From positions 384,001 through 448,000 of the forward strand of contig CBDBHE010000007.1 in NCBI GenBank assembly GCA_965205605.1: DNA of 64,000 nt, written 5' to 3'. This stretch comes from Spirochaetota bacterium (GTDB taxonomy: Bacteria > Spirochaetota > UBA12135 > COTS27 > CBDBHE01). Shown in pieces: positions 18,820 to 28,317 of this stretch (the stretch's first letter is position 1; every line of letters begins with the position of its first letter). The notes under the pieces were generated by a model. The model saw only the letters and a program-made list of their open reading frames with translations. It searched no databases and was not told the DNA's origin. Position numbers and translations under genes: made by a program.

Positions 18820-20169
18820 CTAACGTTGCCGTTTTCTTGTTCTTTTTTTCTTACTCATAAATCCATCATATTCTTTCATTACCAACTGAGATTCGATTTG
18901 TTGCATTGTGTCTAAGTCAACTGAAACTAAAATAAGCAATGAAGTCCCCCCCATTAAATACACGAAACTTCTTGGCATTCCTTCAAATAAATTAACTCGA
19001 AGAAGCAAATCAGGAAAAATTGCTATCAAAGCCAAAAAAATAGACCCCGCAAGGGTAATGCGCATTAAAACTTTTTGTAAGTATTCTTGAGTATGAGTTC
19101 CTGGCCTAATACCAGGGACATATCCTCCTCTTTTTTTAAGATTTTCTGCAATTTCAACAGGGTTAAATTGAATCGTTGTGTACATATAAGCAAAGGCAAT
19201 CACTAAAAATCCATAAACAAACATATACAAAACATGACCTGGTGAAAAATAAGACGCTAAATTGGCAACCGTAGGATATTTATCACCTAACATTTGAGCT
19301 ACCTGGACAGGCAAAAGCACCACCGCAGAAGCAAAAATAATAGGAATGACCCCCGTTGGGTTAATTTTAAAAGGAATATAGGTGCTTTGGGCTCCATAAA
19401 TTTTTCTTCCAACAACTTTTTTAGCAAATTGCACCGGAATCCGCCTTTGACCTTGTTGTTCATACACAACAAAAAAAATAATCACCGCAAACACAATTAA
19501 AATCGCCATAAATCCTACGGGGTTAAAAACCCCTTCCCTAACACTACTAATAGTTTTAACAAATTCAACGGGAATACGAGCTGCAATTCCTGCAAAAATA
19601 ATAAGAGAAATCCCATTACCAATCCCTCTTTCGGTGACTTGCTCCCCAAGCCAAACTAAAAACATCGTCCCTGTTGTAATTGAGGTAACCGCAATAATAG
19701 AAAAAAGTATTCGATTATTTTCCAAATCAGGGGAAAGGACCCCTTCGTGAGAAGCAATCCAATTGCTAATAAAAGCCGATTGAAGCATACAAATTAAAAT
19801 CGTTGCGTATCGCACATATTTTTGAATTTGCTTCCTACCCGCTTCTCCTTCTTTTGAAAGTTTTTCTAAATGAGGCACAACCGCTGTCATCAACTGCATA
19901 AAAATCGAAGCACTAATATATGGCATTAATCCCAAAGCAAAAATCGTAAATTTCTCAAAAGCACCCCCTACAAAAAGATCAAAATACCCAATTAATCCCC
20001 CAAAGTTAGACTTACTAAGACGATCGGTCAACTCAGCGAGCCCTGTTGGATTAATACCAGGTGTTGTGATGTGAGCGCCTATTCGAAAAATAACCATCGC
20101 CATAATCGTAAATAAAACCTTTTTCCTTAAATCAGGGACCTTCAAAATATTAGTCAACATATTTGCCAT
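18820..20169 (-). CDS. secY: Preprotein translocase subunit SecY
   Basis: [54 protein letters not shown]. Confidence 0.98.
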   Translation of the reverse strand: MANMLTNILKVPDLRKKVLFTIMAMVIFRIGAHITTPGINPTGLAELTDRLSKSNFGGLIGYFDLFVGGAFEKFTIFALGLMPYISASIFMQLMTAVVPHLEKLSKEGEAGRKQIQKYVRYATILICMLQSAFISNWIASHEGVLSPDLENNRILFSIIAVTSITTGTMFLVWLGEQVTERGIGNGISLIIFAGIAARIPVEFVKTISSVREGVFNPVGFMAILIVFAVIIFFVVYEQQGQRRIPVQFAKKVVGRKIYGAQSTYIPFKINPTGVIPIIFASAVVLLPVQVAQMLGDKYPTVANLASYFSPGHVLYMFVYGFLVIAFAYMYTTIQFNPVEIAENLKKRGGYVPGIRPGTHTQEYLQKVLMRITLAGSIFLALIAIFPDLLLRVNLFEGMPRSFVYLMGGTSLLILVSVDLDTMQQIESQLVMKEYDGFMSKKKRTRKRQR

Positions 20170-20183
20170 CGTGATTCTTTCTC

Positions 20184-20624
20184 TTATTCCTCTAGTTTTT
20201 TTCTAAGCGTACGGGTCGCAAAAACAGGGGCTTTAATTTTAAGTTTTAATTTTCCATCTTCTTTAGGATTTTTTGACCCTAAAATTTTAACTTTTTTAAC
20301 CGTTTTACGATCGACAATTCCTTTTTTTCGAAGCGATTCCATTGAAACTTCTTCACCTTCTTTATAAGCATAAACGAGAGTCTTAATGGAAACTTCAAAA
20401 AAAGACTCTTCATGCCTTTCATTAGAAAATCCCACTTTAGGCAGTCTTCTCACTAAAGGCATTTGTCCACCCTCAAATCCTCTTACTGTTTTTCCTCTCC
20501 CCGATCGTACTTTTTGTCCTTTATGACCTTTTGTTGAGGTTCTTCCTTTCCCTGAGCCAGTCCCACGCCCTATAATTTTTTTTTTCTTACTCGAATTTTT
20601 AGGAGAAATAATTTCTTTTTTCAT
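20184..20624 (-). CDS. rplO: 50S ribosomal protein L15
   Basis: [34 protein letters not shown]. Confidence 0.96.
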   Translation of the reverse strand: MKKEIISPKNSSKKKKIIGRGTGSGKGRTSTKGHKGQKVRSGRGKTVRGFEGGQMPLVRRLPKVGFSNERHEESFFEVSIKTLVYAYKEGEEVSMESLRKKGIVDRKTVKKVKILGSKNPKEDGKLKLKIKAPVFATRTLRKKLEE

Positions 20625-20633
20625 GGTTTACTC

Positions 20634-20810
20634 TTAGCTCTTTTTACCCACCCAAACTAAATGTCTTACTCTTTCCACCATTCCCACCAAGGCCTTGTTA
20701 TTAATATCTACAGTGATTTCTTTATTCATTTTTGTGAGCTTTAAAGCCTTAAGGGTCCCTTTGACTCTTTTAGATTTTCCAATACCACTTTTAATTAATT
20801 TAACTTTCAT
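20634..20810 (-). CDS. rpmD: 50S ribosomal protein L30
   Basis: MKVKLIKSGIG...TLKALKL...GMVERVRHLV; start reset to ATG 20810. Confidence 0.93.
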   Translation of the reverse strand: MKVKLIKSGIGKSKRVKGTLKALKLTKMNKEITVDINNKALVGMVERVRHLVWVGKKS

Positions 20811-20829
20811 GATGAACCAAGATTTATCT

Positions 20830-21348
20830 TTAATTGAAAAATTCAGATGCTTTAGCGATCTCTCTACTTTCACTCATATACTTAGCACTTGAAAGCTGTA
20901 CTAAACAATTAAAAGCTGCTTTTGCAGTGTTAATCGAATTTCTTGATTTATACGTTTTGGTTAAAATATTTCGAACCCCCGCAAACTCTAAAACAGGACG
21001 AAGATTGACCCCTGCAAGAATGCCCGTTCCTTCAGAAGCAGGCATCATCCATACTTTAGAAGCACAAAACTTTCCAACAACTTCATGAGGGATCGTGTGT
21101 TTATATAAATTAATCACCACTAATGTTTTTTTAGCTCTTTCAGTTGCTTTTCGAATGGCTTCTGGGATTTCTCTCGCTTTTCCAAACCCAAGTCCCACAA
21201 CCCCTTTTTTATTACCGACAACCACTAAAACAGAAAAACTAAAACTACGTCCCCCTTTAACAACTTTAGTGACTCTTTTAAGGGTAATTAAATGTTCTTC
21301 AAGCCCTTCAATATTCATCGAATCTACATATTTTATTTTATTTAACAT
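20830..21348 (-). CDS. rpsE: 30S ribosomal protein S5
   Basis: RVTKVVKGGR, GKAREIPEAIRKA, PASEGTG. Confidence 0.97.
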   Translation of the reverse strand: MLNKIKYVDSMNIEGLEEHLITLKRVTKVVKGGRSFSFSVLVVVGNKKGVVGLGFGKAREIPEAIRKATERAKKTLVVINLYKHTIPHEVVGKFCASKVWMMPASEGTGILAGVNLRPVLEFAGVRNILTKTYKSRNSINTAKAAFNCLVQLSSAKYMSESREIAKASEFFN

Positions 21349-21351
21349 CTT

Positions 21352-21364
21352 TCTCTCTCTCTCT
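21352..21364. repeat. (TC)6 microsatellite in the rplR-rpsE spacer
   Basis: tctctctctctct. Confidence 0.6.
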
Positions 21365-21365
21365 T

Positions 21366-21692
21366 CTAAAAAACAAGCCCATGCTCTCTTGCTGATTCAC
21401 CTAGAGCCTTCACAACCCCATGATAACGATAGGCATTGCGATCAAAGACAATTTGTTTGATCGATTTTTTTTTTGCCTCTTCAGCAACTAACTTCCCTAG
21501 TTTTTTAGCGGAGGCAATATTTTTCCCTTCCCTCATTAAAACACTACAAAGCGTCTTCTCTTCTTTGTCATCAATCAATTGCACATTTAGTGACGTTAAA
21601 CTTTTGTACAAGCTTAAGCGGGGTCTTTTTTGAGTCCCCATAATTTTTTTTCGAATCCTAAATTTTGTTTTGACCCGTCTCTCTTTTTTCAT
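21366..21692 (-). CDS. rplR: 50S ribosomal protein L18
   Basis: RPRLSL, QLIDD, VFDRNAYRYHG, AREHGL. Confidence 0.96.
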   Translation of the reverse strand: MKKERRVKTKFRIRKKIMGTQKRPRLSLYKSLTSLNVQLIDDKEEKTLCSVLMREGKNIASAKKLGKLVAEEAKKKSIKQIVFDRNAYRYHGVVKALGESAREHGLVF

Positions 21693-21695
21693 TGT

Positions 21696-22229
21696 TTAAG
21701 CACTCGATTTCCCTTGTTTCTTTATAAACGTCTCACCCACATATCGTACTCCTTTGCCTTTATACGGCTCTAAAGACCTAAACGATCGTATTTTAGCAGA
21801 CACTTCCCCTACTAATTGTTTATCAAAACCCATAATAGAAAGTTTGTTTTCATCTACTTTAGCTTCAATGTCTTCTGGCAGATCGTATTCGACAGGATGG
21901 GAAAATCCCAAATTCATCGTTAATTTCTTAGCCCTACAGCTCCACCTGTACCCAACTCCATGAAGCTCCAATTGTTTAGTAAATCCTTTTGTCACCCCTA
22001 TCATAAAATTCTCAATCATTCGATAAGTAAGTCCCACAAAACTAGCTTTAACATCTTCTTGGTTGCTTCTAAAGACTTTCACTCCCTTCTCTTCTTGACT
22101 CACTTTAATCCCTTTTGGAAGATTAAAATCAAGCTTTCCCTTAGCCCCTTCTAAACAAACTTTGTCTTCAAAAATCGAAACAGATGCTCCTGATGCAATA
22201 GGCAATAAATGATTTTCAAATCGACTCAT
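21696..22229 (-). CDS. rplF: 50S ribosomal protein L6
   Basis: GVTKGF, GVGYR, LGFSHPV, EPYKGKGVRY; start reset to MSRF at 22229. Confidence 0.96.
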   Translation of the reverse strand: MSRFENHLLPIASGASVSIFEDKVCLEGAKGKLDFNLPKGIKVSQEEKGVKVFRSNQEDVKASFVGLTYRMIENFMIGVTKGFTKQLELHGVGYRWSCRAKKLTMNLGFSHPVEYDLPEDIEAKVDENKLSIMGFDKQLVGEVSAKIRSFRSLEPYKGKGVRYVGETFIKKQGKSSA

Positions 22230-22239
22230 CACATGCCTT

Positions 22240-22632
22240 TTAAAAAATATAACAAATGGGCTCTCCCCCCACATTTTTTTTCTTCGCTTCCTTTCCTGTC
22301 ATCACCCCTAATGAAGTACTCATAATCACCGTTGCAAATCCATTCTTAATTCGAGGTATTTTTTTTGCTTTACAATAAATTCGCAGACTACTTTTACTAA
22401 AAAGTTTAATTTCTCTAAAAACCGCTCTTCCATTTTTATCATGCTTGATTTTCACTTTAGTAAAATGTTTCTTATCTTTATTAATCACTTCATAAGAATC
22501 TAAATAACGCTTCTCTTTTAAAATAGCAATAATATAATTCACCAACTTATTAGCTGGAAACTGCACTTTAAAACGACCCGCCATCGCTCCATTTCGAATC
22601 GATGTCATCGCCCGACTTACTAAATCTTGCAT
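22240..22632 (-). CDS. rpsH: 30S ribosomal protein S8
   Basis: IRN, STSLGVMT, VGGE; position in the spc operon. Confidence 0.93.
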   Translation of the reverse strand: MQDLVSRAMTSIRNGAMAGRFKVQFPANKLVNYIIAILKEKRYLDSYEVINKDKKHFTKVKIKHDKNGRAVFREIKLFSKSSLRIYCKAKKIPRIKNGFATVIMSTSLGVMTGKEAKKKNVGGEPICYIF

Positions 22633-22651
22633 ACTTATACCAAACCTACCT

Positions 22652-22837
22652 TTACCAGCTTGATTTCACAATGCCTGGAACACTGCCTTCATTGGCATAC
22701 TTGCGAAAACAAATCCGACACATTTTAAATTTCCTAAGATACCCACGTGGTCTGCCACAAATTTCACATCGATTATATTCTCGCACTTTAAACTTGCTCT
22801 TTTTTTTACACTTAGCAATCATTGAAACTTTAGCCAT
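22652..22837 (-). CDS. rpsN: 30S ribosomal protein S14 type Z (zinc-binding)
   Basis: [23 protein letters not shown], 61 aa. Confidence 0.97.
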   Translation of the reverse strand: MAKVSMIAKCKKKSKFKVREYNRCEICGRPRGYLRKFKMCRICFRKYANEGSVPGIVKSSW

Positions 22838-22839
22838 GT

Positions 22840-22904
22840 CTTAATCTCTTTTTTTCTTTAATCCCTTAATCTCTCTTAATCTCTCTTAATCTCTCTTAAT
22901 CTCT
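22840..22904. repeat. 10-bp tandem repeat CTTAATCTCT (AGAGATTAAG on the mRNA strand): 4 contiguous copies plus 1 separate perfect copy
   Basis: Perfect copies at 22840, 22865, 22875, 22885 and 22895; a degenerate copy near 22856; the last copy contains the rplE stop. Confidence 0.95.
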
Positions 22905-23450
22905 AAAAGGAAGCCCCATTAATTTTAACATTTCAAACGCTTCTTCTTTCGAAGCTTTATTCGTCACAAAAACAGCACTCACTCCTGATGCCTCTTGAGA
23001 ATGCAAATGAGAAATTTCAATAAAACTACTTACCTCTTTAAGACCAATGGTGTAGTTACCAAAATGATCAAAAGATTTCTTACTAAGTCCTTGAAAATCT
23101 TTAACCCTAGGCAAGTTAAGATTAATAAAACGCACTAAAAAATCATACATCCTATTTTTTCGAAGTGTCACCATCGCTCCAATGGGCATTTTTTCTCGTA
23201 TCTTAAACCCTGCCACTGATTTCCTTGCTAAAGTCGCCACTGATTTTTGACCTGCTATAAGAGAAAGCAATTTAGTGTTTTCAGTAATCACTTTTTTATT
23301 GTTTTTTGCTTCACTTAAACCCATATTTAACACAATTTTATCTAGTTTTGGCACTTCCATGATCGATTTAAATTTAAATTTATTCTTAAGTGTCTCAACA
23401 ACTTCTTCTTCATAATACTGTTTAGAACCCTTTAAAATCATTTTTTCCAT
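22896..23450 (-). CDS. rplE: 50S ribosomal protein L5
   Basis: VPKLDKIVLNMG, IAGQK, ARKSVAGFKIRE, LPRVKDFQG. Confidence 0.97.
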   Translation of the reverse strand: MEKMILKGSKQYYEEEVVETLKNKFKFKSIMEVPKLDKIVLNMGLSEAKNNKKVITENTKLLSLIAGQKSVATLARKSVAGFKIREKMPIGAMVTLRKNRMYDFLVRFINLNLPRVKDFQGLSKKSFDHFGNYTIGLKEVSSFIEISHLHSQEASGVSAVFVTNKASKEEAFEMLKLMGLPFRD

Positions 23451-23457
23451 TCAAAAA

Positions 23458-23787
23458 CTACACCACTTTTTTAGATTTATTTCTCATAAATCGTTCTTTT
23501 TTACCCTTGCCTATTTGACACCCCAAACGAACCCCTTTACCAGAATCATTATCTAAATACATGACTTTTGAAAGATGGATAAAAGCTTCTTTTTCTGTAA
23601 TGCCCCCCTTAGGGTTTTCTTGAGTTTTTTTGATGGTTTTTTTAACAACATTAATACCTTCAACCAAGACAAGATTATCAAATCGATTAATATTCAAAAT
23701 CTTCCCTTGTTTGTTTCTATATTTTCCCGATATTACCTTAACAAGATCGTCTTTTTTTAATTTTGTTTTAATTTTATTCTTTTTCAT
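23458..23787 (-). CDS. rplX: 50S ribosomal protein L24
   Basis: KOW motif VKVISGK, VLVEGIN, GGITEKEAFIHLSKVM. Confidence 0.97.
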   Translation of the reverse strand: MKKNKIKTKLKKDDLVKVISGKYRNKQGKILNINRFDNLVLVEGINVVKKTIKKTQENPKGGITEKEAFIHLSKVMYLDNDSGKGVRLGCQIGKGKKERFMRNKSKKVV

Positions 23788-23807
23788 CTCAAGTATTTTT
23801 TTTAAAT

Positions 23808-24176
23808 CTACAATACTTCTGGAGCTAAAGAAATAATCTTCATATAGTTTTTTTCTCTAAGCTCTCTTGCAACAGGTCCAAAAACACGCGTCCCAATAGG
23901 GTTGTTGTCATTTCCTATTAAAATAGCTGCATTATCATCAAATTGAACCACCATTCCATTCTTTCTTTTAATCGGATGCTTGGTACGAACAATGACTGCC
24001 TTAACCACAGACCCTTTTTTTAAATTCGAATTAGGAATCGCCTTTTTGATCGAACAAACAATCACATCCCCCACTCTACCATATCTCTTCTTAGCTCCAC
24101 CCAAAACTTTAATACACATAATATTTTTAGCACCACTATTATCAGCTACTAACAAGCGAGATAAATTTTGAATCAC
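23808..24176 (-). CDS. rplN: 50S ribosomal protein L14
   Basis: [35 protein letters not shown]. Confidence 0.98.
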   Translation of the reverse strand: MIQNLSRLLVADNSGAKNIMCIKVLGGAKKRYGRVGDVIVCSIKKAIPNSNLKKGSVVKAVIVRTKHPIKRKNGMVVQFDDNAAILIGNDNNPIGTRVFGPVARELREKNYMKIISLAPEVL

Positions 24177-24433
24177 TTTTTAATCTCTATTTTTTTAATG
24201 ATTTTATTTAATTTGAATTTTTTTCTTTTACTATAAGGCCTACTCTCGATAATTTCTACTAAATCCCCTTCTTTACTATCATTTTTCTCATCATGAAAAA
24301 GATATTTTTTAGAAGATTTTATTTTTTTATGATACTCTCTATGCGATTTTTTAGTTTCCACTATAATACAGGCTGTTTTATCACTTTTAGTCGAAACGAC
24401 TATTCCTCTAAAACGCTTTTTAAATTCTTCCAT
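24173..24433 (-). CDS. rpsQ: 30S ribosomal protein S17
   Basis: [32 protein letters not shown]. Confidence 0.96.
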   Translation of the reverse strand: MEEFKKRFRGIVVSTKSDKTACIIVETKKSHREYHKKIKSSKKYLFHDEKNDSKEGDLVEIIESRPYSKRKKFKLNKIIKKIEIKK

Positions 24434-24480
24434 CTTGTTTAAATAAAGGCTTTTATATTACTATGAAAAAGTCATTTTTA

Positions 24481-24687
24481 TCAACTCAAAGGTTTTTCTT
24501 GATGTTGACGACTATTTTGCTTTGTTAGTAATAAAGCAATCTTTTTTTTTAATTTCTTAATTTTTGAAGTATCCGTTAACTGACCTAAAGCATTATCAAA
24601 TCTAAATTTTCGAAGTTGTTCTTTTAATTCTTCTAAACTTTGGGTTTCTTTATTAACAACTTTTTTAGTTTCTTTTCCATCAGCCAT
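24481..24687 (-). CDS. rpmC: 50S ribosomal protein L29
   Basis: FRFDNALGQL...IKKLKKKIA; position after rplP. Confidence 0.88.
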   Translation of the reverse strand: MADGKETKKVVNKETQSLEELKEQLRKFRFDNALGQLTDTSKIKKLKKKIALLLTKQNSRQHQEKPLS

Positions 24688-24691
24688 TATT

Positions 24692-25105
24692 TTATAATCC
24701 TCTTACAACTTGCTTTGTCTTAACAGGGAGCTTGTAAGAAGCTTTTTTAAAAGCAGCAAAAGCTTTTTCTTTAGTTGTACCCCCGATTTCAAATAAAATT
24801 TTACCTGGTTTAATCACACAACAATAATGATCCACATCGCCTTTTCCTTTACCCATTCGTGTTTCAGCTGGACGTTTTGTAATCGGCTTATGAGGAAACA
24901 TACAAATCCATATTTTTCCTTCTTTTTTAAGCTCTCGATTAATACTCACTCGAGCCGATTCAATTTGACGACTGGTTATAAAACCAATCGACTGAGCTGA
25001 AAGACCATATTCTCCAAAAACAACATTATTGCCTCCTTTCGAAATACCTTTAGCTTTTCCTCTTTGAATTTTGCGATATTTATATTTTTTTGGCATCAAC
25101 ATCAT
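24692..25105 (-). CDS. rplP: 50S ribosomal protein L16
   Basis: RQIESAR, FPHKPITKRPAETRMGKGKG. Confidence 0.98.
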   Translation of the reverse strand: MMLMPKKYKYRKIQRGKAKGISKGGNNVVFGEYGLSAQSIGFITSRQIESARVSINRELKKEGKIWICMFPHKPITKRPAETRMGKGKGDVDHYCCVIKPGKILFEIGGTTKEKAFAAFKKASYKLPVKTKQVVRGL

Positions 25106-25113
25106 AAAAAACC

Positions 25114-25812
25114 TTATTGCTTAGTGACTAGTGAGCCTATATTATCGATGACTTCATCACTGTTTTTTTCTTTTTTTCCTTTATAAATCCAAACTGAAAC
25201 CCCAACCATCCCATAGGTTGTTTGCGCATCATATTTTGCATAATCCACATACGCATCAAAGGTATGTAGGGGCACAGAGCCTTCTTTAAAAGATTCTCTT
25301 CTAGCCATATCAAGCCCACCTAGTCTACCTGCAACCATCACCTTCACCCCAAGTGCTCCTGATTTAACCGAACGTGTGATCGCTTGCTTCATCGCTTTTT
25401 TATAAGAAACTCTCTGTTCGATCATTTTACCAATCACTTGACTCACCACGAAAGCATCTAAATCTGTTTTTTTGATTTCACTAATATTGACATTAATATT
25501 TGTTTTTTTAGGAACAAATACAAAAAGCCCTTTTTTAAGCTTCTCAATATCCGCTCCTTTTTTTCCAATTAAAAGACCTGGTTTTGACGTATAAATATAA
25601 ATTTCAATCGCTCCTGGGTAACGCTTAATTTTAATTTTAGAAATTTCAACTCGCTCATAACCTTTTTGCTTTAAAATTTTACCTCGAATAAAGTTGCGTA
25701 TCTTAATGTCTTCAATCACATACTGCCCATAATTTTTATCTGCATACCAATGACCATCCCAAGTGTCACTAATTTTAAGTCGCATACCTCTTGGATTTAC
25801 TTTTTGACCCAT
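25114..25812 (-). CDS. rpsC: 30S ribosomal protein S3
   Basis: MGQKVNP, KPGLLIGKKG, GRLGG, VPLHT. Confidence 0.98.
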   Translation of the reverse strand: MGQKVNPRGMRLKISDTWDGHWYADKNYGQYVIEDIKIRNFIRGKILKQKGYERVEISKIKIKRYPGAIEIYIYTSKPGLLIGKKGADIEKLKKGLFVFVPKKTNINVNISEIKKTDLDAFVVSQVIGKMIEQRVSYKKAMKQAITRSVKSGALGVKVMVAGRLGGLDMARRESFKEGSVPLHTFDAYVDYAKYDAQTTYGMVGVSVWIYKGKKEKNSDEVIDNIGSLVTKQ

Positions 25813-25813
25813 G

Positions 25814-26239
25814 TTATTTTGTTTCCTTTGTTATCTTTTCTTTTTTTAAATTCTGCTTTTTTGATTTTTCTTGTTTTAAGTTTTGTTTTTTGCCTTGATT
25901 TTCATTACCATCTGTTAAAACTACCTTAATATGAGAAGAGCGTTTGAAAATCCTATCAGCCCTCCCTTTAGCACGAGGCAACATTCGCTTCATGGTAGGG
26001 CCTTTGTCAACGTAAATATGTTTCACTTTAAGTTCTTCCACATTGGCATTAGGATTTTTTGTTTGATAATTACTAGAAGCAGAAAGAATGGTTTTAAGCA
26101 ATTCTCTAGCTGCTTTTTGAGGTAAAATCATCAATGACATCTTGCTTTCACTCACCGTCAAACGAATACATTCCCTAGCTAATCTTGCTATTTTTCGCCT
26201 TGAAATCCCTACATATTTTTTTAAAGCAATAGCTTCCAT
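25814..26239 (-). CDS. rplV: 50S ribosomal protein L22 with Lys-rich C-terminal extension
   Basis: VDKGPTMKRMLPRAKGRA, SHIKVVL. Confidence 0.96.
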   Translation of the reverse strand: MEAIALKKYVGISRRKIARLARECIRLTVSESKMSLMILPQKAARELLKTILSASSNYQTKNPNANVEELKVKHIYVDKGPTMKRMLPRAKGRADRIFKRSSHIKVVLTDGNENQGKKQNLKQEKSKKQNLKKEKITKETK

Positions 26240-26241
26240 GG

Positions 26242-26505
26242 TTACTTTCTGCTTCCCCCATGAGATTTAAAAAGTCTCGTTGGTGCAAACTCTCCTAATT
26301 TATGTCCGACAAAATTATCACTAATTTTAACAGGGATAAACTTATGCCCATTATGAACATGAATAATCTTTCCTATCATCTCTGGAAAAATCGTAGAAGC
26401 CCTTGAATAAGTTTTAATTTGGACACTAGGATCATTTTTAGAGTTAATAACTTTTTTATAAAGTTTAGGATAAATGTAAGGTCCTTTTTTAAGTGATCGA
26501 GTCAT
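26242..26505 (-). CDS. rpsS: 30S ribosomal protein S19
   Basis: [23 protein letters not shown]. Confidence 0.98.
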   Translation of the reverse strand: MTRSLKKGPYIYPKLYKKVINSKNDPSVQIKTYSRASTIFPEMIGKIIHVHNGHKFIPVKISDNFVGHKLGEFAPTRLFKSHGGSRK

Positions 26506-26521
26506 AATAATTTAGTTTCCT

Positions 26522-27355
26522 TTATTTTTTTTCATTTCTTCTTCTTAAAATAAGACGATTGCTATACTTTTTTTTCTTTCTTGTTTTAAATCCTTTAGCA
26601 ATGACTCCTGTTGGAGAACAAGGATGCCTTCCTCCTGAAGATTTTCCTTCGCCTCCACCCATAGGGTGGTCAACTGGATTCATCACAACTCCTCTTACCT
26701 TAGGTCTTCGTCCTAAGTATCGACTTGCCCCTGCTTTACCCAGTTTAATATTACGATTATCTTTATTAGAAATCACCCCAATCGTTGCATAACACTCGCC
26801 TCTAAAAAGTTTCACCTCTCCAGAAGGGAGTTGCAAAGAAACAAAATCACCATCTCGACCCAGTACTTTCGCACCTCCACCAGCTGAACGCACAACTTGA
26901 CCTCCTTTTCCTCGTTTAATCTCAATATTATGCACAAAAGAACCAATGTTTACCTTTCGAAGTGGCAAACAATTGCCCTCCCTAGATTTAGCTTCTTCAC
27001 CTGATATAATTTTAGTACCGACTTTCAGCCCATCTATCGCCAAAATATAACGCCTATCCCCATCAGTATAATTCACCAAAGAAATAAAAGCACTCCTATT
27101 TGGATCATACTCAATGGTTTTAATGGTGCCTTCAATGTTAGCTTTATTTCTTTTAAAATCAATTTGTCGGTATTTTCTTTTAGCCCCGCCCCCTCTTCTT
27201 CTAACACTAATCCTTCCTTTAGAGTCTCGAGCAGAAATAGATGACTTGCCTTTACAAAGAGATTTAACTGGCTTTATTCCACTTAATTCTTCAAAGTTTA
27301 AGCCAACTTTTCCTCTCATCGCAGAGGTGACCGGTTTTAAATTTTTTAAACCCAT
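26522..27355 (-). CDS. rplB: 50S ribosomal protein L2
   Basis: IEYDPNRSA, RSAG, VRGVVMNPVDHPMGGGEG. Confidence 0.98.
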   Translation of the reverse strand: MGLKNLKPVTSAMRGKVGLNFEELSGIKPVKSLCKGKSSISARDSKGRISVRRRGGGAKRKYRQIDFKRNKANIEGTIKTIEYDPNRSAFISLVNYTDGDRRYILAIDGLKVGTKIISGEEAKSREGNCLPLRKVNIGSFVHNIEIKRGKGGQVVRSAGGGAKVLGRDGDFVSLQLPSGEVKLFRGECYATIGVISNKDNRNIKLGKAGASRYLGRRPKVRGVVMNPVDHPMGGGEGKSSGGRHPCSPTGVIAKGFKTRKKKKYSNRLILRRRNEKK

Positions 27356-27363
27356 TTTATTTT

Positions 27364-27657
27364 TTACGCCTCAAGTTCTGTAATTTTTCCATCTTTTTTT
27401 AACTTCACAATCGCTTTTTTAAAACTAGGGCTTATCCCTACCACTTGTTTTTTAGCAAGCTTGCCTTTTTTTATCTTTCCTTTTTTAACAAAAATATTAA
27501 CTTCTGCCACTTCCACTTTAAAAATACTTTCAACGGCTTTTTTAACCATGATTTTATTAGCTCGTTTATCAACAACAAAAACATATTGACGATGAGTTCT
27601 TAGCTGTGTGCTTTTTTCTGTTATTAAAGGTTTTTTTAACACATCATGCAAATTCAT
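27364..27657 (-). CDS. rplW: 50S ribosomal protein L23
   Basis: PLITEKS, ANKIMVKKAVE, FKKAIVKL. Confidence 0.96.
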   Translation of the reverse strand: MNLHDVLKKPLITEKSTQLRTHRQYVFVVDKRANKIMVKKAVESIFKVEVAEVNIFVKKGKIKKGKLAKKQVVGISPSFKKAIVKLKKDGKITELEA

Positions 27658-28304
27658 TCTTGACTCTTTTTAGGTAAAAATCTTTTATTTATTTTTTCAA
27701 TCGCTGATTTTAAAATCACAATTTCCTTGGCATAAAAAAGATCTTTAAGTTCAATACTTTCTTGATTAATCACCTTCACCCAAGAAAGGTTTGAGCTTGA
27801 TTTCCTGATAATAGAGTACGAACCTCCCTTTTCAGAAGTTAAAATAAACAAAATTTTTTCTTGTTTGGTGACCGCTTTTAAAATCCCTTCGATTTTTTTA
27901 GTGCTATACACCTTCATTTCAAAATCTTCTAAAATAATGAGCTGCTTATTCTTAGCAAAAAGACTTAAAATAGAAGTAAAAGCACGTCTCTTTACTTTTT
28001 TGGGTATTCGGTAAGAATAATCTCTTGGATGCGGTCCAAAAGCAATCCCTCCCCCTCTCCAAATAGAAGAAGTGACTGTCCCAACTCTAGCTCTCCCAGT
28101 TCCTTTTTGCTTCCAAGGTTTTTTGGTGCTTGCTTTAACAAAAGAACGACTCTTCGTACTAGCAGTCCCTTGCCTTTTATTGGCTAGTTGATTTTTAAGC
28201 CCTTCATAAATCGTAGAGTGGTTTTCTTTATCGTCAAAAAATTCTTTATTAAGAGTAAGATTCCCTTGGACTTGACCGGTTGTATTTTTAATTTCTAAAA
28301 CCAT
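27654..28304 (-). CDS. rplD: 50S ribosomal protein L4
   Basis: RQGTASTK, KPWKQKGTGRAR, WRGGGIAFGPHPRDY. Confidence 0.98.
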   Translation of the reverse strand: MVLEIKNTTGQVQGNLTLNKEFFDDKENHSTIYEGLKNQLANKRQGTASTKSRSFVKASTKKPWKQKGTGRARVGTVTSSIWRGGGIAFGPHPRDYSYRIPKKVKRRAFTSILSLFAKNKQLIILEDFEMKVYSTKKIEGILKAVTKQEKILFILTSEKGGSYSIIRKSSSNLSWVKVINQESIELKDLFYAKEIVILKSAIEKINKRFLPKKSQE

Positions 28305-28317
28305 TTTTTTTAAAACC

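Noticed and set aside
22840-22904. Repeat considered as a CRISPR array or TRAP-type (NAG)n site
   Set aside because: 10-bp units with no spacers and no cas genes; NAG triplets lack the 5-nt period
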